Source: an uncultured Heliobacteriaceae bacterium | GTDB lineage: Bacteria > Acidobacteriota > Blastocatellia > RBC074 | NCBI GenBank assembly: GCA_964468345.1 | Contig: CAYXVZ010000035.1 | Location: 132-64,131, forward strand | Reading direction: 5' to 3' | Length of the DNA: 64,000 nucleotides | In this document: positions 19,640-32,131 of the stretch, piece by piece | How the letters are laid out: each line of letters opens with the position of its first letter | Numbering within the stretch: the stretch's first letter is position 1 | Notes under the pieces: model-generated | The model's database searches: none | The model's input: the letters and a program-made list of their open reading frames with translations, nothing else | Told to the model about the DNA's origin: nothing | Position numbers and translations under genes: made by a program

Positions 19640-19640
19640 C

Positions 19641-19950
19641 AAAATCAGTGCAAACAACTTTGGGGCAATGTCTTTTCCACGAAGAGCACGAAAACCAAAG
19701 AACGAAAGATAGAGTACGAAACAAATGAAAATAACGAAACAGACGAAAGTTCACCTGGCATTTCGTCTGTTTCGTTATTTTCGGTTGTTTCGTACTCTCT
19801 ACCTCTCGCAATTCCGCAATATCTGAAGATCAGGAGGCCGTCGGAACAAAAAGATGGGGAAGATGATCGAAGAAATCAAAAGGCAAAAGTACGAACCTCA
19901 TCACACAAAATAGGCTTCAAAGGCAATCCTTTTGCCTTTTGATTTCTCTT
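19641..19950. repeat. Cluster of palindromic elements between convergent genes
   Basis: Left end of a CTAAATCAG-family element at 19641, an agagtacgaaacaa-type hairpin at 19711-19799, and an agaaatcaaaaggcaaaag hairpin at about 19871-19947 (relatives near 810-880 and 48870-48935). Confidence 0.7.
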
Positions 19951-19978
19951 CCGTCGTACCGGTGTTTCTTGTTCTGAT

Positions 19979-20929
19979 TCAGGGAAGCGGCTTTGCCCCG
20001 CGAATCTGTCGTTTATATTGCAAGGGCGTGCGTTGGACGATGCTGCGAAAGACGAGGCCGAAATAACTCTGATCGCAAAATCCCACGGCGTAGCTGATTT
20101 CAGAGATGGATAGATCGGTCGTGGCCAGCAGGTGCTCTGCTTTGACCACGCGAAAATGATTCAGGTAGGTGATGAAAGACTGGCCGGTCACCTGTTTGAA
20201 CAGCCGCATGAAGTGGGATTCGCTCAGATTCAGCAGCTGCGCCGCCGTCGTCACCGAAACCGCCTCCTGGTAATGCGTTTCGAGATAGGCAAAGAGCGGG
20301 GCCAGTTGTTCGATGGCGCGTTGTTTGCGGTTGAAAGTCTCGACCGTGCCCGGCTGGTCGGCATAATGATTGACCAGCAGCATCAGGATCATTTTCAGAT
20401 AGGTCCGAGCAGTCAGCCGCGCGCGCGTCGACGTGGCGGGCAGCTCCCGATGCACATGTTTGATCAAATCGAAAATCTGAGCCGGAACCCCCGTGCTCCT
20501 TCTCACGATATGGGGAAATTCCGCATCCTGCATCAGGAAGGGCACGAGATATTCGACGTCCTCGCCCGTGGCGTCGGTGGCGCGAATCAGCTCCGGTAAG
20601 AAATACAGGCTGGCCGCTTTGACTGGACCGGTTTTCTTTTCCCGCTCCGGCCAGCGAATCGTGTGATAGTGCGTGCTGCTGATGACGGCCAGATCGCCGC
20701 TGTGCACGGGGAACTCCCGCTCCTGAATGCGGCAGATCAAATCGCCCTGCTGCAAATAGAAAATCTCGAAATAATCATGGCGATTCATCCGAATGTGATG
20801 CCGTTTATCCCAGACATAGAATCGCGCATCGAGGGGAAAGGCGGGATCGAACGGCCACACATGGACCCCGTCTGCATTGATCTGCGGCTCGATCAATGAA
20901 AAGGCGTTTTCCCATTTCAGTTTTGCCAT
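19979..20929 (-). CDS. AraC family transcriptional regulator (cupin + double HTH)
   Basis: HDYFEI cupin motif, LSESHFMRLFK and ISYAVGFCDQSYF. Confidence 0.93.
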   Translation of the reverse strand: MAKLKWENAFSLIEPQINADGVHVWPFDPAFPLDARFYVWDKRHHIRMNRHDYFEIFYLQQGDLICRIQEREFPVHSGDLAVISSTHYHTIRWPEREKKTGPVKAASLYFLPELIRATDATGEDVEYLVPFLMQDAEFPHIVRRSTGVPAQIFDLIKHVHRELPATSTRARLTARTYLKMILMLLVNHYADQPGTVETFNRKQRAIEQLAPLFAYLETHYQEAVSVTTAAQLLNLSESHFMRLFKQVTGQSFITYLNHFRVVKAEHLLATTDLSISEISYAVGFCDQSYFGLVFRSIVQRTPLQYKRQIRGAKPLP

Positions 20930-21023
20930 GATGGGCGGATGCTATCCCTCTCTGCCACAGAATTCAAATGATACGATCGTCAGAATCTTTGCCGCAGCGG
21001 ATGCGGATCAGGCGCAACAACGA

Positions 21024-22442
<1,419 letters not shown>

Positions 22443-22501
22443 AGTTTGACTTGTTGTTCGGAAGTGGGCGGCGCTACACCTTAAGTCGGTTATCACTTCA
22501 C

Positions 22502-22779
22502 TGTATGGACAGCCACAGAGGTCACCGCAGAACACAGAGAAATTTCAAGGCTTTTCATCCTCGGTGCTCTCTGTGAAACACAAGAACAACTTCTTGTTTT
22601 TTGAGCAAGAAATTTGCGTTGTGGGAAGAGAGAAACTGCAGCAAACGGAAATAACGGAACAGACGAAAAAGAAAGGCTGTCTATTCCGTCTGTTCCGTTA
22701 TTTCCGTTTGTTCCGTACTCTCTCTTCATTCCTTTAGTTGCGGCTTCGCTGCTCTGTAACCTCTGTGGCTGTCCATACA
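22502..22779. mobile_element. Nested repeats: CACAGAG-type palindrome interrupted by a ~165-bp asymmetric element
   Basis: Outer arms tgtatggacagccacagagg (22502-22521) and complement (22760-22779). The inner element at about 22591-22756 is nearly identical to 30526-30692. Confidence 0.75.
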
Positions 22780-22832
22780 CGCAAATGAAATCCGATCTAA
22801 TACGCGCCATGTTTGGTTTCGGCTTTTCCGGG

Positions 22833-23840
22833 TTAAGGTAATCCAAAGGTGAGGCGCGGGTGCAACCCCGAGTGACTCACTTGATGTGTGCGTTGATACT
22901 CATCGAGCAAGCTGAGGAAATCGTCCCACATGCGTTTTTCGTCAACGTCGGTGATCCAGGTGACTGTCTTTCCCGCCTCGCCCGCTTCAAACGTGAAATC
23001 GTCTTTCAAACGCGGACGCGGTGCGCTTTGGTGTTCGGTCATGCCCAACACATAAGCCAGCGTGATGTTGTCCCAAATGATCCATGGCTTGGAAAAATCA
23101 TTCTTGCGCAGCGGCTTGACATAGCGGTAATACCACGCCTGAAATTCTTCCCACATCCAGGCGCCAATGGGGCCGCGTTCAGCGAGCATGGTTTTGGCCT
23201 GTTCGAGGCTGAGCGATAGGCTGGCTTTGCATACATCGCCCGGACCGATGACCAGCGGCACGTCTGAAGCCAAAATGGCTTGCACGGCTTTTACATCGTT
23301 GGCGATGTTGAATTCGTTGCCGCCCTGCCGATTGTTAAAACCCATCTGAATGACGCGAATGCGGTCTTTCATCGTCGGATCGGTCAAAAGGGCTGACGCC
23401 ACGTCCGTGCCTGCGCCAATCATCAAGACCGTCAACCGATTGTCCTTGCCGAACGGCTTTGATTTCTCGATCAGAAAATTGACTGCCGGACTGGGGCGCG
23501 GCGCGCGCGCGTCTTCCAGCGGCAGGCTGCCGCCTTCGATCAGGGGCGGATGCGTGCGCATCGCCAATCGGTTTTCGACTACGTCACGCAGGATGCGAAA
23601 TGACGTGTACCCGGCGGGCGCGGTAATCGAAGGCGCGTGCGCTGACATCACACCCAATACTTCCACTCGCGGACTGAGCAGCAACCAGGCAATCGTCCAT
23701 TGGTCGTCGACTTCGTTGCCGACATCGGTCGAAAGAATTACGGGAATTTTGCCCGAAGCCCCTTGATTTTGCGCCATGACGGTCGAGCAGAAACCAAGCA
23801 ATACGCAAAGCCCCATCGAAAGACGGTGAAAACGATTCAT
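22833..23840 (-). CDS. Secreted nucleoside hydrolase family protein
   Basis: VILSTDVGNEVDDQW, EFNIAND and IWD motifs. Signal peptide from MNRFH. Confidence 0.85.
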   Translation of the reverse strand: MNRFHRLSMGLCVLLGFCSTVMAQNQGASGKIPVILSTDVGNEVDDQWTIAWLLLSPRVEVLGVMSAHAPSITAPAGYTSFRILRDVVENRLAMRTHPPLIEGGSLPLEDARAPRPSPAVNFLIEKSKPFGKDNRLTVLMIGAGTDVASALLTDPTMKDRIRVIQMGFNNRQGGNEFNIANDVKAVQAILASDVPLVIGPGDVCKASLSLSLEQAKTMLAERGPIGAWMWEEFQAWYYRYVKPLRKNDFSKPWIIWDNITLAYVLGMTEHQSAPRPRLKDDFTFEAGEAGKTVTWITDVDEKRMWDDFLSLLDEYQRTHQVSHSGLHPRLTFGLP

Positions 23841-23906
23841 AAGTATTCTCCTATTGCTAAATCGCGGCGCAAGCCGTCCGCAATCCACTGAGCGCAAAAA
23901 ACGCCA

Positions 23907-24123
23907 TAGAATTCAGGAAAAAGAATTTCATCCGCGAAGTCACACGAAGGGTATTTACTCACTGATTTTCGTCCCTCTGGAACGGAGAGCCCGTGAGTAA
24001 TTACCACGAAGGAGCACGCAGAATACCGAAAAAAGCAAACGAATACCGCCATGCGGTCCTCTTCGTGTAACTTCGTGTAACTTCGTGTAGCTTCGTGGAT
24101 GAAATTCTTTTTCCTGTATTCTA
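23907..24123. mobile_element. TTCATCC(A/G)CGAAG-type palindromic element containing a 56-bp mini-MITE (23950-24005)
   Basis: Outer arms tagaattcaggaaaaagaatttcatcc / ggatgaaattctttttcctgtattcta. The insert ggtatttactc...gagtaattacc is flanked by acgaag on both sides. Confidence 0.7.
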
Positions 24124-24188
24124 TAGTCCTTCGAACAACAATCAAATAGCTTTGATTTTATTGAGGCATGATTGGCAAAAGCTTCAAA

Positions 24189-25394
24189 TCATTGCGATTT
24201 ATTTTTTGTGGAAGCCGGTTTGACCGACAGTCCCTCGATAAATTTGGGAAGCGTGTTTTCCTGCTCCACGTAGCTTTCCGGGGAGCCCAGATTTTTTTCC
24301 TGCTCTTTTTCGGTCAGTTGCCGAATGATGGCTTGTTCCCGGGCGAAGTCATCGCTTCGTTTCAACTTGCTGTAGCCTCTCGCCAAAAGGACGTGGGCGG
24401 AAAGATACTCCGGCCGCAGCCTGACCGCGCGTTCCAAGGTCGCAACCGCCGCCTCAATCTGTCCGTTGATCTGTTGAATGTGTCCCAGCTGATAGAGCAT
24501 CGTGGCGTTGTCCGGCTTCTGGCGCAGCCCCGCCGCCAGCCGTTCCGCGGCTTCCGGATAGCGTTTTTCCTGAATGTCTAACCAGGCAAGATAGGCATTG
24601 GCATGAAAGTCGGCGGGGTTTTGCGCCAGCGCGGCCTGAAGCTCGCTGGCAGCTTTTTCATACTCCAGCAAAAGCAGGTACGCATAACCCATCTGTGTGC
24701 GCAGCGTCGGCAGATTCTCCTTCAGTAGTTTCGCCTTGCTCAACTCCTGTATCGCGTTTTTTGCGTTTCTCTTCGCGTTCTGAATCGAACCTCGCACCAG
24801 ATACACTTCGGCGCTGGTCGTTCCTCGCAGCGGCCCTTCCAGCAAGGCTTCCGCTTTTTCGATCTCTCCAATGCCGACGTATGCCGTCGCCAACGTGTAA
24901 GCCGCGTCCACATTGTTTGGGTTCGCCTGCAACGCGGCTTCCAGCGCCAGAATGCCGTCCTCGATCCGATCCAGTTTCAGCCGGCAAAGTCCCAGCAAAT
25001 GCAGCGCCTGTGGATGAGCGGGTTGCGCCTCCAGCACTTTGACCAGTTCCTGATGCGCGGCTTCAAATTGTTCCCCGCGAAAGCGGGCGAGGCCGAGAAC
25101 CAGGCGAACGGACGTCAGTTCCGGCTTGAGCGCGAGCGCTTTGCCCAACGCCTCCATCGCTTTTTCGTTGCGCCCCAGATTCAGGTACACCAGGCCCAGG
25201 TTCGCCAGCACATCCACGCGGCGCGGCGCCAGTCGCAGCGCCTCTTCATACGCCAGCCGTGCGCCTTCCAGATCGCCTTTCTGCTGCAACTCAACGCCGC
25301 GGTTGAAGTGCGTTCGCGACGCATCCGATTGCGGCGCGGACTGGAGCGAACCGTGCAGCAACGACAGCCAGATGATCACAAGCGCAAGTCTCAA
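24189..25394 (-). CDS. Secreted tetratricopeptide repeat protein
   Basis: Signal peptide and multiple TPR units. TTG start with a GGAGG RBS. Confidence 0.85.
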   Translation of the reverse strand: MRLALVIIWLSLLHGSLQSAPQSDASRTHFNRGVELQQKGDLEGARLAYEEALRLAPRRVDVLANLGLVYLNLGRNEKAMEALGKALALKPELTSVRLVLGLARFRGEQFEAAHQELVKVLEAQPAHPQALHLLGLCRLKLDRIEDGILALEAALQANPNNVDAAYTLATAYVGIGEIEKAEALLEGPLRGTTSAEVYLVRGSIQNAKRNAKNAIQELSKAKLLKENLPTLRTQMGYAYLLLLEYEKAASELQAALAQNPADFHANAYLAWLDIQEKRYPEAAERLAAGLRQKPDNATMLYQLGHIQQINGQIEAAVATLERAVRLRPEYLSAHVLLARGYSKLKRSDDFAREQAIIRQLTEKEQEKNLGSPESYVEQENTLPKFIEGLSVKPASTKNKSQ

Positions 25395-25515
25395 TTTCCC
25401 TCCGCCCGCACCGGGGTATGAAGTGAGAAAAATCCTGAGCCCTGTTCGGACTCAGGATGGATGGTTTCAGATATGCAGGTTGTGGAGCAGGTTCCGAACC
25501 TGCTCCACCGGTTCT

Positions 25516-28500
25516 TTAGAACTCGAACCGCAACGCGAATTGCAACTGACGCTCCAGGCGCGCCGCAGTCACCTGGCCGAACTGGCCATTGACCTGATTG
25601 CCGGCCGCGTCGAAGCGCGCGTTGTTGTCCACGCCCGACCACTGCGTGTGATTGAACACGTTGTACATCTCCGCGCGGAACTGGATCCGCGCCTTTTCCC
25701 GCACGGGGAAGTTCTTGAACAACGTGAAGTCCGAGTTGTTGATGCCCGGCCCGCGGAAGACATCGCGCGGCGCGTTGCCGAAATTTCCGACGCCCGGCGC
25801 GGCAAAGGCAGCGGTGTTGAACCACCTGGTGAAGCTGCGTTCGCCGCGCCCGAGAATCGGGTTGCCCGTCATAATGACGCGCGGCGCATCGCCGCCGCCG
25901 TGCCGGTCAACGCCGTCCGTGCGGCTGAAGTTAATGCCGATGGGCGTGCCGCTGGCAAAGGTTGTGATGCCCGCAATCTCCCAATTGTGGAAGATGCCGC
26001 GCGTCAAAAAGTTGCTTTTGAAGACGGACAGGTTCGGCAGCGAATAGAGATAGTTCGCGACGAACATGTGCGTCTGATCGTAGCCGAGTTTGCCGTACAG
26101 GTACGTGCGGTAATCTCGATAGATCGGCAACGCGCCGCCGTCATTGTCGCTGATGCCCATGGCTTTCGACCACGTATAGGCGATGCCGTATTGCAGCCCC
26201 CTGGCATAGCGGCGATTGACCGCCACTTGCAAGGCGTTGTAGTTCGCATAGCCGGAGTCTTCGATATAGCCGATGCCCTGAAAGCCCGGATATGGCCGCA
26301 GGAAATTATCGGGCAGGGGCCGATTGGTCGTTGGGTCGAGGCTGCTGGGCAGGAAGCGAACGCCCGGAGCCAGCGTATTGATCGCCCGGTTCTGGCGCAG
26401 ATGGCGGCTGGTGCTGCCGACATAATCCATTTCGACGATGGTTCCCAGACCGATGTCGCGCTGCACGCCGAGCGACCAGCGATACACGGTCGGAACCTTA
26501 TCGAACTTCGGATCGAAGGATTGTACATCCGTCGGGAAAAGCACCTGTCCCGCGCTGAGGAAGGTGTCGAGGTTGCCGTAAAAAATGCTTGGACTTTCCA
26601 GAATCGGCGGGGAAGTCGTGGTCGTCCACATCGAATTCTGCGACGAGAAGACCGTTTGCTTCGTCACCGAAAAACCGCCCCGCAGCGCCGTCTTGCCGTT
26701 GCCGAATACGTCGTATGCGAAGCCGATGCGCGGCGCGGCCTGAATGGGCGGGCGTTCGCGGTAGCCATCGGGATAGCTGGGATCGTTGCCGATCACCACG
26801 CCGTTCAGCCGGGTGCCGGAATTGGGCACAATCGCGCCGATCAAGGGCGTGGGCGCAAAGGCTTTGGTGATTGGATTCTGCGCCACGCGCCTGCCATTGG
26901 CGTCAATCGCCGGAACATAGAGCAGCGGTGCTTTGCTGCGATCATACCGGCTCAACGCCAGCGCGGAACCCTGGTCAGCTCGGAGCCGCCAGGGAGTGAA
27001 GGAATAGAAGCGCACACCGAGATCAAGGTTCAGGCGCTTGGTGATTTTCCATGAATCCTGTGCGAACCATTCGATCGAGGATGTTTTCGCGCGACCGTCC
27101 GACAGCCCGCTCGATTCGGCGTAACTGACGAAGTTCCCCAGCAGCGCGTTGGCGAAAGGATGGTTGCTGTCAAAGGGATTATTTGCGTCACGCGAGAAAT
27201 TGAAAGTTCCCATGTGACGACCATTCGCAGCGGAGCGCGGGCCTTCGCTGGCGTTTTGTCGTTCATAGAATATCCCGAACTTGAACGTATGGTTGTTTCT
27301 GACCCAGCTCAGGTTATTCGTAATCCACAACCGTTCATCGGCGGCACTGATCGGGGTGCGCGGATCAAAGTTTACCGAGGGGGCGTTCGGAAGCCCGCCA
27401 AATTGCAATTGCGGAATGAGCTTGAGCGGATTGGCGCTGGGAAAGAGCTGACCCAGATTTTGCAGGCCATACTTATCGCGGCGAACATTATCCAGGTTGA
27501 GTCCGTCTCGCAGCGCCCCCAATTCCCGAGCCTGGCTGTAGCCGATGTCGATTTCGTTCACCAGCGTCGGTGAAAACGTGCGACTGTAGCTGCCCGCGTA
27601 GGCGTTGCTGATAAACTCATAGTGGTGGGGTTGTAAAAAGTAGTTCGCCGAGAATGCCGTTGTACTGGATTGCCCCTGCAGGTCGGAATTCCACCAGCGC
27701 GGCCGGAACGAAATGCGATCCTTCTCGGTGGGAAGCCAATCAATTTTCAGCTGGGTCTGTTCTTTCGGCTGGCTGAGGGTTTCCAGCGCGCGATAATTGA
27801 ACGCGCCGCGTGTGATCGCGGCATCGAACAGATTGGGGTTGGGCAGGATGGACAGCAATCTTTGCCCATTCGCGTTGATGCGGGCAGCGGGGATGACGTT
27901 GCCGGGAAAGGGCTGGCCTGTCGCCGGGTCTCGAACCACGATCAGCGCGCCGTTCTGGTCGAAGCTCCTCGAGAAATCGCCTCTACGTTCCAGGTCGGTG
28001 GGCAGCGTGGATTGATAGGTTGGCCCGGGAAGCTTGATGCGCCAGTCTTCGCGGCTCACGAAAAAGAACAGCTTGTCCTTGTTCTTATTGAACCTGCCGG
28101 GAATGTAAACCGGCCCGCCAATCGTGCCGCCCAGCGTATTGAAGCGCGTCAGCGGGCGGGCCAGTCCCAGTCGATTATTGAAGAAATTGTTCGCATTGAA
28201 CGATTCGTGGCGTTTGAACCAGTAGGCGCTGCCATGAAATTCTTTGGTCCCGGATTTCGAAATGATGTTGACGCTCACGCCGGGCAAGCGGCCGTCTTCG
28301 GCCAGATAGGAATTGGACCTGACGCTCATTTCCTGCACGGCGTCCATGCTGACGGAGATCGTGAAGAACGAAGGCACGTCAGCGTCGCCGCCGGGCTGGC
28401 CGTCGAGCTGAAAGTTGTTCCAGTTTTTGCGCAGCCCCTGCATGTTCGCGGTTTCCGTGCCCCAGTTGCCGCCGAGCGAACCGCCCGCGCCCGCATTCTG

Positions 28501-28995
28501 CGAAACACCGGGCAACACAGTGGTCAGCGATACGATGTCACGTCCCCGCGACATCAGCCCGCCAAGCTGTTTGTCCGTGACCAGCGCGTTTTGCCCCGAA
28601 GTTTCGAGTTCCACCGCCGTTCCCGCAGTCACCGTCACCGTTTCAGTCACGCTGCCAACGGCCAATTGCAAGTTGCCCAGCGAGAGGGTCTGGTTGGCGC
28701 TTAAGATCAGGCCGGTTTGCTCCAGCGTGCTATAGCCCTGCGCTTTCACCTGAATGGTGTAACTGCTCGGCTGCACGGTCGGGAAGACAAAGGCTCCTGA
28801 TTCGTTGGCGGTCGCGATCGCCACCTCGCCCGTTCGAATATTGGTCAAGGTGATTGAAGCCTTGTTCACGACATTGCCCGAAGGATCAACCACTGTTCCG
28901 GTGATTCGCCCCGAAACCTGCGCCCGGGCCGTTCCTCCAACGAGCGTAAACAACGCGAGCGCCCATATCGCAAAGCGCCATCTGCGGATGTTCAT
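25516..28995 (-). CDS. TonB-dependent receptor, Oar-like
   Basis: ITGTVVDPSG domain, KSGTKEFHGSAY motif, and C-terminal RQLQFALRFEF. Start at MNIRRW with a GGAGG RBS. Confidence 0.92.
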   Translation of the reverse strand: MNIRRWRFAIWALALFTLVGGTARAQVSGRITGTVVDPSGNVVNKASITLTNIRTGEVAIATANESGAFVFPTVQPSSYTIQVKAQGYSTLEQTGLILSANQTLSLGNLQLAVGSVTETVTVTAGTAVELETSGQNALVTDKQLGGLMSRGRDIVSLTTVLPGVSQNAGAGGSLGGNWGTETANMQGLRKNWNNFQLDGQPGGDADVPSFFTISVSMDAVQEMSVRSNSYLAEDGRLPGVSVNIISKSGTKEFHGSAYWFKRHESFNANNFFNNRLGLARPLTRFNTLGGTIGGPVYIPGRFNKNKDKLFFFVSREDWRIKLPGPTYQSTLPTDLERRGDFSRSFDQNGALIVVRDPATGQPFPGNVIPAARINANGQRLLSILPNPNLFDAAITRGAFNYRALETLSQPKEQTQLKIDWLPTEKDRISFRPRWWNSDLQGQSSTTAFSANYFLQPHHYEFISNAYAGSYSRTFSPTLVNEIDIGYSQARELGALRDGLNLDNVRRDKYGLQNLGQLFPSANPLKLIPQLQFGGLPNAPSVNFDPRTPISAADERLWITNNLSWVRNNHTFKFGIFYERQNASEGPRSAANGRHMGTFNFSRDANNPFDSNHPFANALLGNFVSYAESSGLSDGRAKTSSIEWFAQDSWKITKRLNLDLGVRFYSFTPWRLRADQGSALALSRYDRSKAPLLYVPAIDANGRRVAQNPITKAFAPTPLIGAIVPNSGTRLNGVVIGNDPSYPDGYRERPPIQAAPRIGFAYDVFGNGKTALRGGFSVTKQTVFSSQNSMWTTTTSPPILESPSIFYGNLDTFLSAGQVLFPTDVQSFDPKFDKVPTVYRWSLGVQRDIGLGTIVEMDYVGSTSRHLRQNRAINTLAPGVRFLPSSLDPTTNRPLPDNFLRPYPGFQGIGYIEDSGYANYNALQVAVNRRYARGLQYGIAYTWSKAMGISDNDGGALPIYRDYRTYLYGKLGYDQTHMFVANYLYSLPNLSVFKSNFLTRGIFHNWEIAGITTFASGTPIGINFSRTDGVDRHGGGDAPRVIMTGNPILGRGERSFTRWFNTAAFAAPGVGNFGNAPRDVFRGPGINNSDFTLFKNFPVREKARIQFRAEMYNVFNHTQWSGVDNNARFDAAGNQVNGQFGQVTAARLERQLQFALRFEF

Positions 28996-29092
28996 TTGTG
29001 TTTCCTCCAATGAGTGATGGACTAAGAGATAGACAGGCCCGTGCAAGCAGACCGATCCTGTGTTTGCGAACAGTGCATCCCGGCAAAGCTTG

Positions 29093-30082
29093 TTATTTCT
29101 GTTTTTCTTTTTCTTCGAGGGCGCGGAAAATCTGCATTTCCCGCCGCGCTTGTTCTGTCTTGCCCAGCTTTTGGTAAACACCTATCAGCAAGTAATGCGG
29201 AGATTTTTCGTTCGGCGCCAGCGTGACCGCTTCCTGCAATGACTGAATCGCCTGTTCGTATTGCCCCAGGCGGCTGAGCGCCTGCCCGAGCGCCGTCCGC
29301 ACCTCCGGCGATTTCGGATTGATCGCCACGGCTTTTTTCAGCGGCGGCAGGCTCTGCTCAAACTGCTGCAATGAAATCAACAGGCGCGCCAGATAGAGAA
29401 ACGGCGTTTCCGTTTGCGAACCCTGTTCTTCCGCGAGTTCGCAGGCTTGCAGGTAGGTCTGGCTGGCCTCTTGCGTCATCTTCGATTGTTCCAGCGCCAC
29501 GCCTAGCGCGAGATATCCATCCAGGTATTTGGGATTGAGTTGTGTCGTTGCCCGGCAAGTGGTTTCTGCCGCAACACGCTGTCCGTCGGTCAACTGATAA
29601 AGGCAGAGGTAATAGCGCGCCATGAAATCGCGCGGCGCGAGTTCGACTGCCTTTTCAAAATACTGTGCGGCGAGGTCGGCTTTCCCCAACGAAACCAAAT
29701 TCAATCCGACGAGCTTATGCACATCCGCATCGCCGTCGTGCAGGCTGAGACTGCGCTCGAGTTTCCGAATGGACTCCAGATACTGCTGTTCCCGATACAG
29801 AATCATCGCCTCGAACAGCAGCAGGCGCGGGCGCTCCCCTTCTCTGGCAAATTGCTCTCGCAACTTCGCCCGTGCCTCCGGCAGGCGGCCCTGATCGATG
29901 AGCCTTTCGATGGCGGGCTCGGCCACCGCGCCAGACGTCGCTGCCGTTGTTTTCAATGGCATTTCATCTGCCGTCTTCTCCGGCATCTTCCCTGTTTGCC
30001 CTGCACAGGACAGCGCGCACCCCACCGCCAGCGCCAGCGCGACACATACGTTTCGCAAGGGATGAATTCTGGTCATGCCCAT
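29093..30082 (-). CDS. Secreted tetratricopeptide repeat protein
   Basis: Signal/lipoprotein-like N-terminus and TPR units. Confidence 0.85.
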   Translation of the reverse strand: MGMTRIHPLRNVCVALALAVGCALSCAGQTGKMPEKTADEMPLKTTAATSGAVAEPAIERLIDQGRLPEARAKLREQFAREGERPRLLLFEAMILYREQQYLESIRKLERSLSLHDGDADVHKLVGLNLVSLGKADLAAQYFEKAVELAPRDFMARYYLCLYQLTDGQRVAAETTCRATTQLNPKYLDGYLALGVALEQSKMTQEASQTYLQACELAEEQGSQTETPFLYLARLLISLQQFEQSLPPLKKAVAINPKSPEVRTALGQALSRLGQYEQAIQSLQEAVTLAPNEKSPHYLLIGVYQKLGKTEQARREMQIFRALEEKEKQK

Positions 30083-30525
30083 CTCTATTTTCGGAAGTCT
30101 GAACGCGATGAAAAACAGACAAAGCTCCGCCTGTCAGGCAAAACAATCTAAAAATAACGCCAATTGTTTTGCCTTCTGTCGTCCAAGCGAACTGATTGAG
30201 AGAAGACCTTAAATTTTGCGAAAGCCCTGTTTCAGAAATAGCGACTGGTGACTGTCATCCTGCGGGCCCTATCTCTGAAATCCATGAATGAATGCTGCGC
30301 AGCATAGGGCGATTTGTCAGGAGTTTCTATAACGATCTCGGCAAATTTTCTGAGAATCCTATCGCCTTGCTCGTTTCCCGCGATCAGGATCTGCGCGGCG
30401 ATTTCCTTCTCGCTCCGCCCGCTATTGCATACCTGCACCGCGTCAATCCGTCCGTGCAACAATCCAGCCCCTCGTCTGTTCTTCGCGCTCTCAGCATCCC
30501 GGCCCCTGTAGTACCCAGCCGCAAT

Positions 30526-30692
30526 TTCTTGTTTTTTTGAGCAAGAAATTTGCGTGTGGGAAGAGAGAGTACGGAACAAACGGAAATAACGGAACAAACG
30601 AAAAAGAAAGGCTGTCTATTCTGTCTGTTCCGTTATTTCCGTTTGTTCCGTACTTCTCTTCCTTCCTTTGGTTGCGGCTTCGCTGCGCTGTG
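30526..30692 (+). mobile_element. ~165-bp asymmetric-ended repeat element with 9-bp periodic internal hairpin
   Basis: ttcttgtttttttgagcaagaaattt ... gagagtacggaacaaacggaaataacggaac ... gttccgttatttccgtttgttccgtact ... ttggttgcggcttcgctgc. Relatives at 1-100, 12672-12813 (reverse), 19711-19799 and 22591-22756. Confidence 0.75.
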
Positions 30693-30959
30693 AAACTCCC
30701 GCTTACATCTCAATCAACTCTCTCCCTCATTCCTCACCTCATGCGTCCGGGAATGAGTATTCATTGACCGATATTTATTCAAGTAAAAAGAGGAAAGATC
30801 ACTCCACGCATTCCGCAGGGCAGCAAAAGCTCCCAATGAAAGTAGAGTAATTATCTGATTTTGATTTTTATGATGATCCCAGAAAAGACATACTGAATAA
30901 ATATTCAATATCGTGTCTTTAATCAAAGGAAGGGTAGATTAAATTTTTCGCCCTGTCAA

Positions 30960-31814
<855 letters not shown>

Positions 31815-32131
31815 GGTTTTCCTTTCCCGGAAGAGCTTGCATTGCATTTGTTTTTGTCTGGAACGCGCGCAATTGCAGCATGATCGCTGAAACGGCGTCA
31901 AGACAGTGCGGAGGTGTCAGGTCGGCAAAGGAATGAAAGGCAGAGGAAAGATGCCGGGCGGTCAATGAAGCTTATTCCTTTACATATGATTCCTCTGCCT
32001 GAATGCCTGCAGATCTCGCGCGGGTTCAACCATTGCGTTAAGATGCCTCCGCAGCAACTCGGCAGAAATGCCAACAAGACAGCCGTGCTGCCCCGCGCCA
32101 CTCAACGCTTTGGTTTTATTCAGGAGACCGC

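Noticed and set aside
28996-29181. Extended N-terminus of the TBDR in the ORF track
   Set aside because: It overlaps the TPR gene. The ATG at 28995 has an RBS and gives a normal signal peptide. Several other starts were trimmed for similar reasons.
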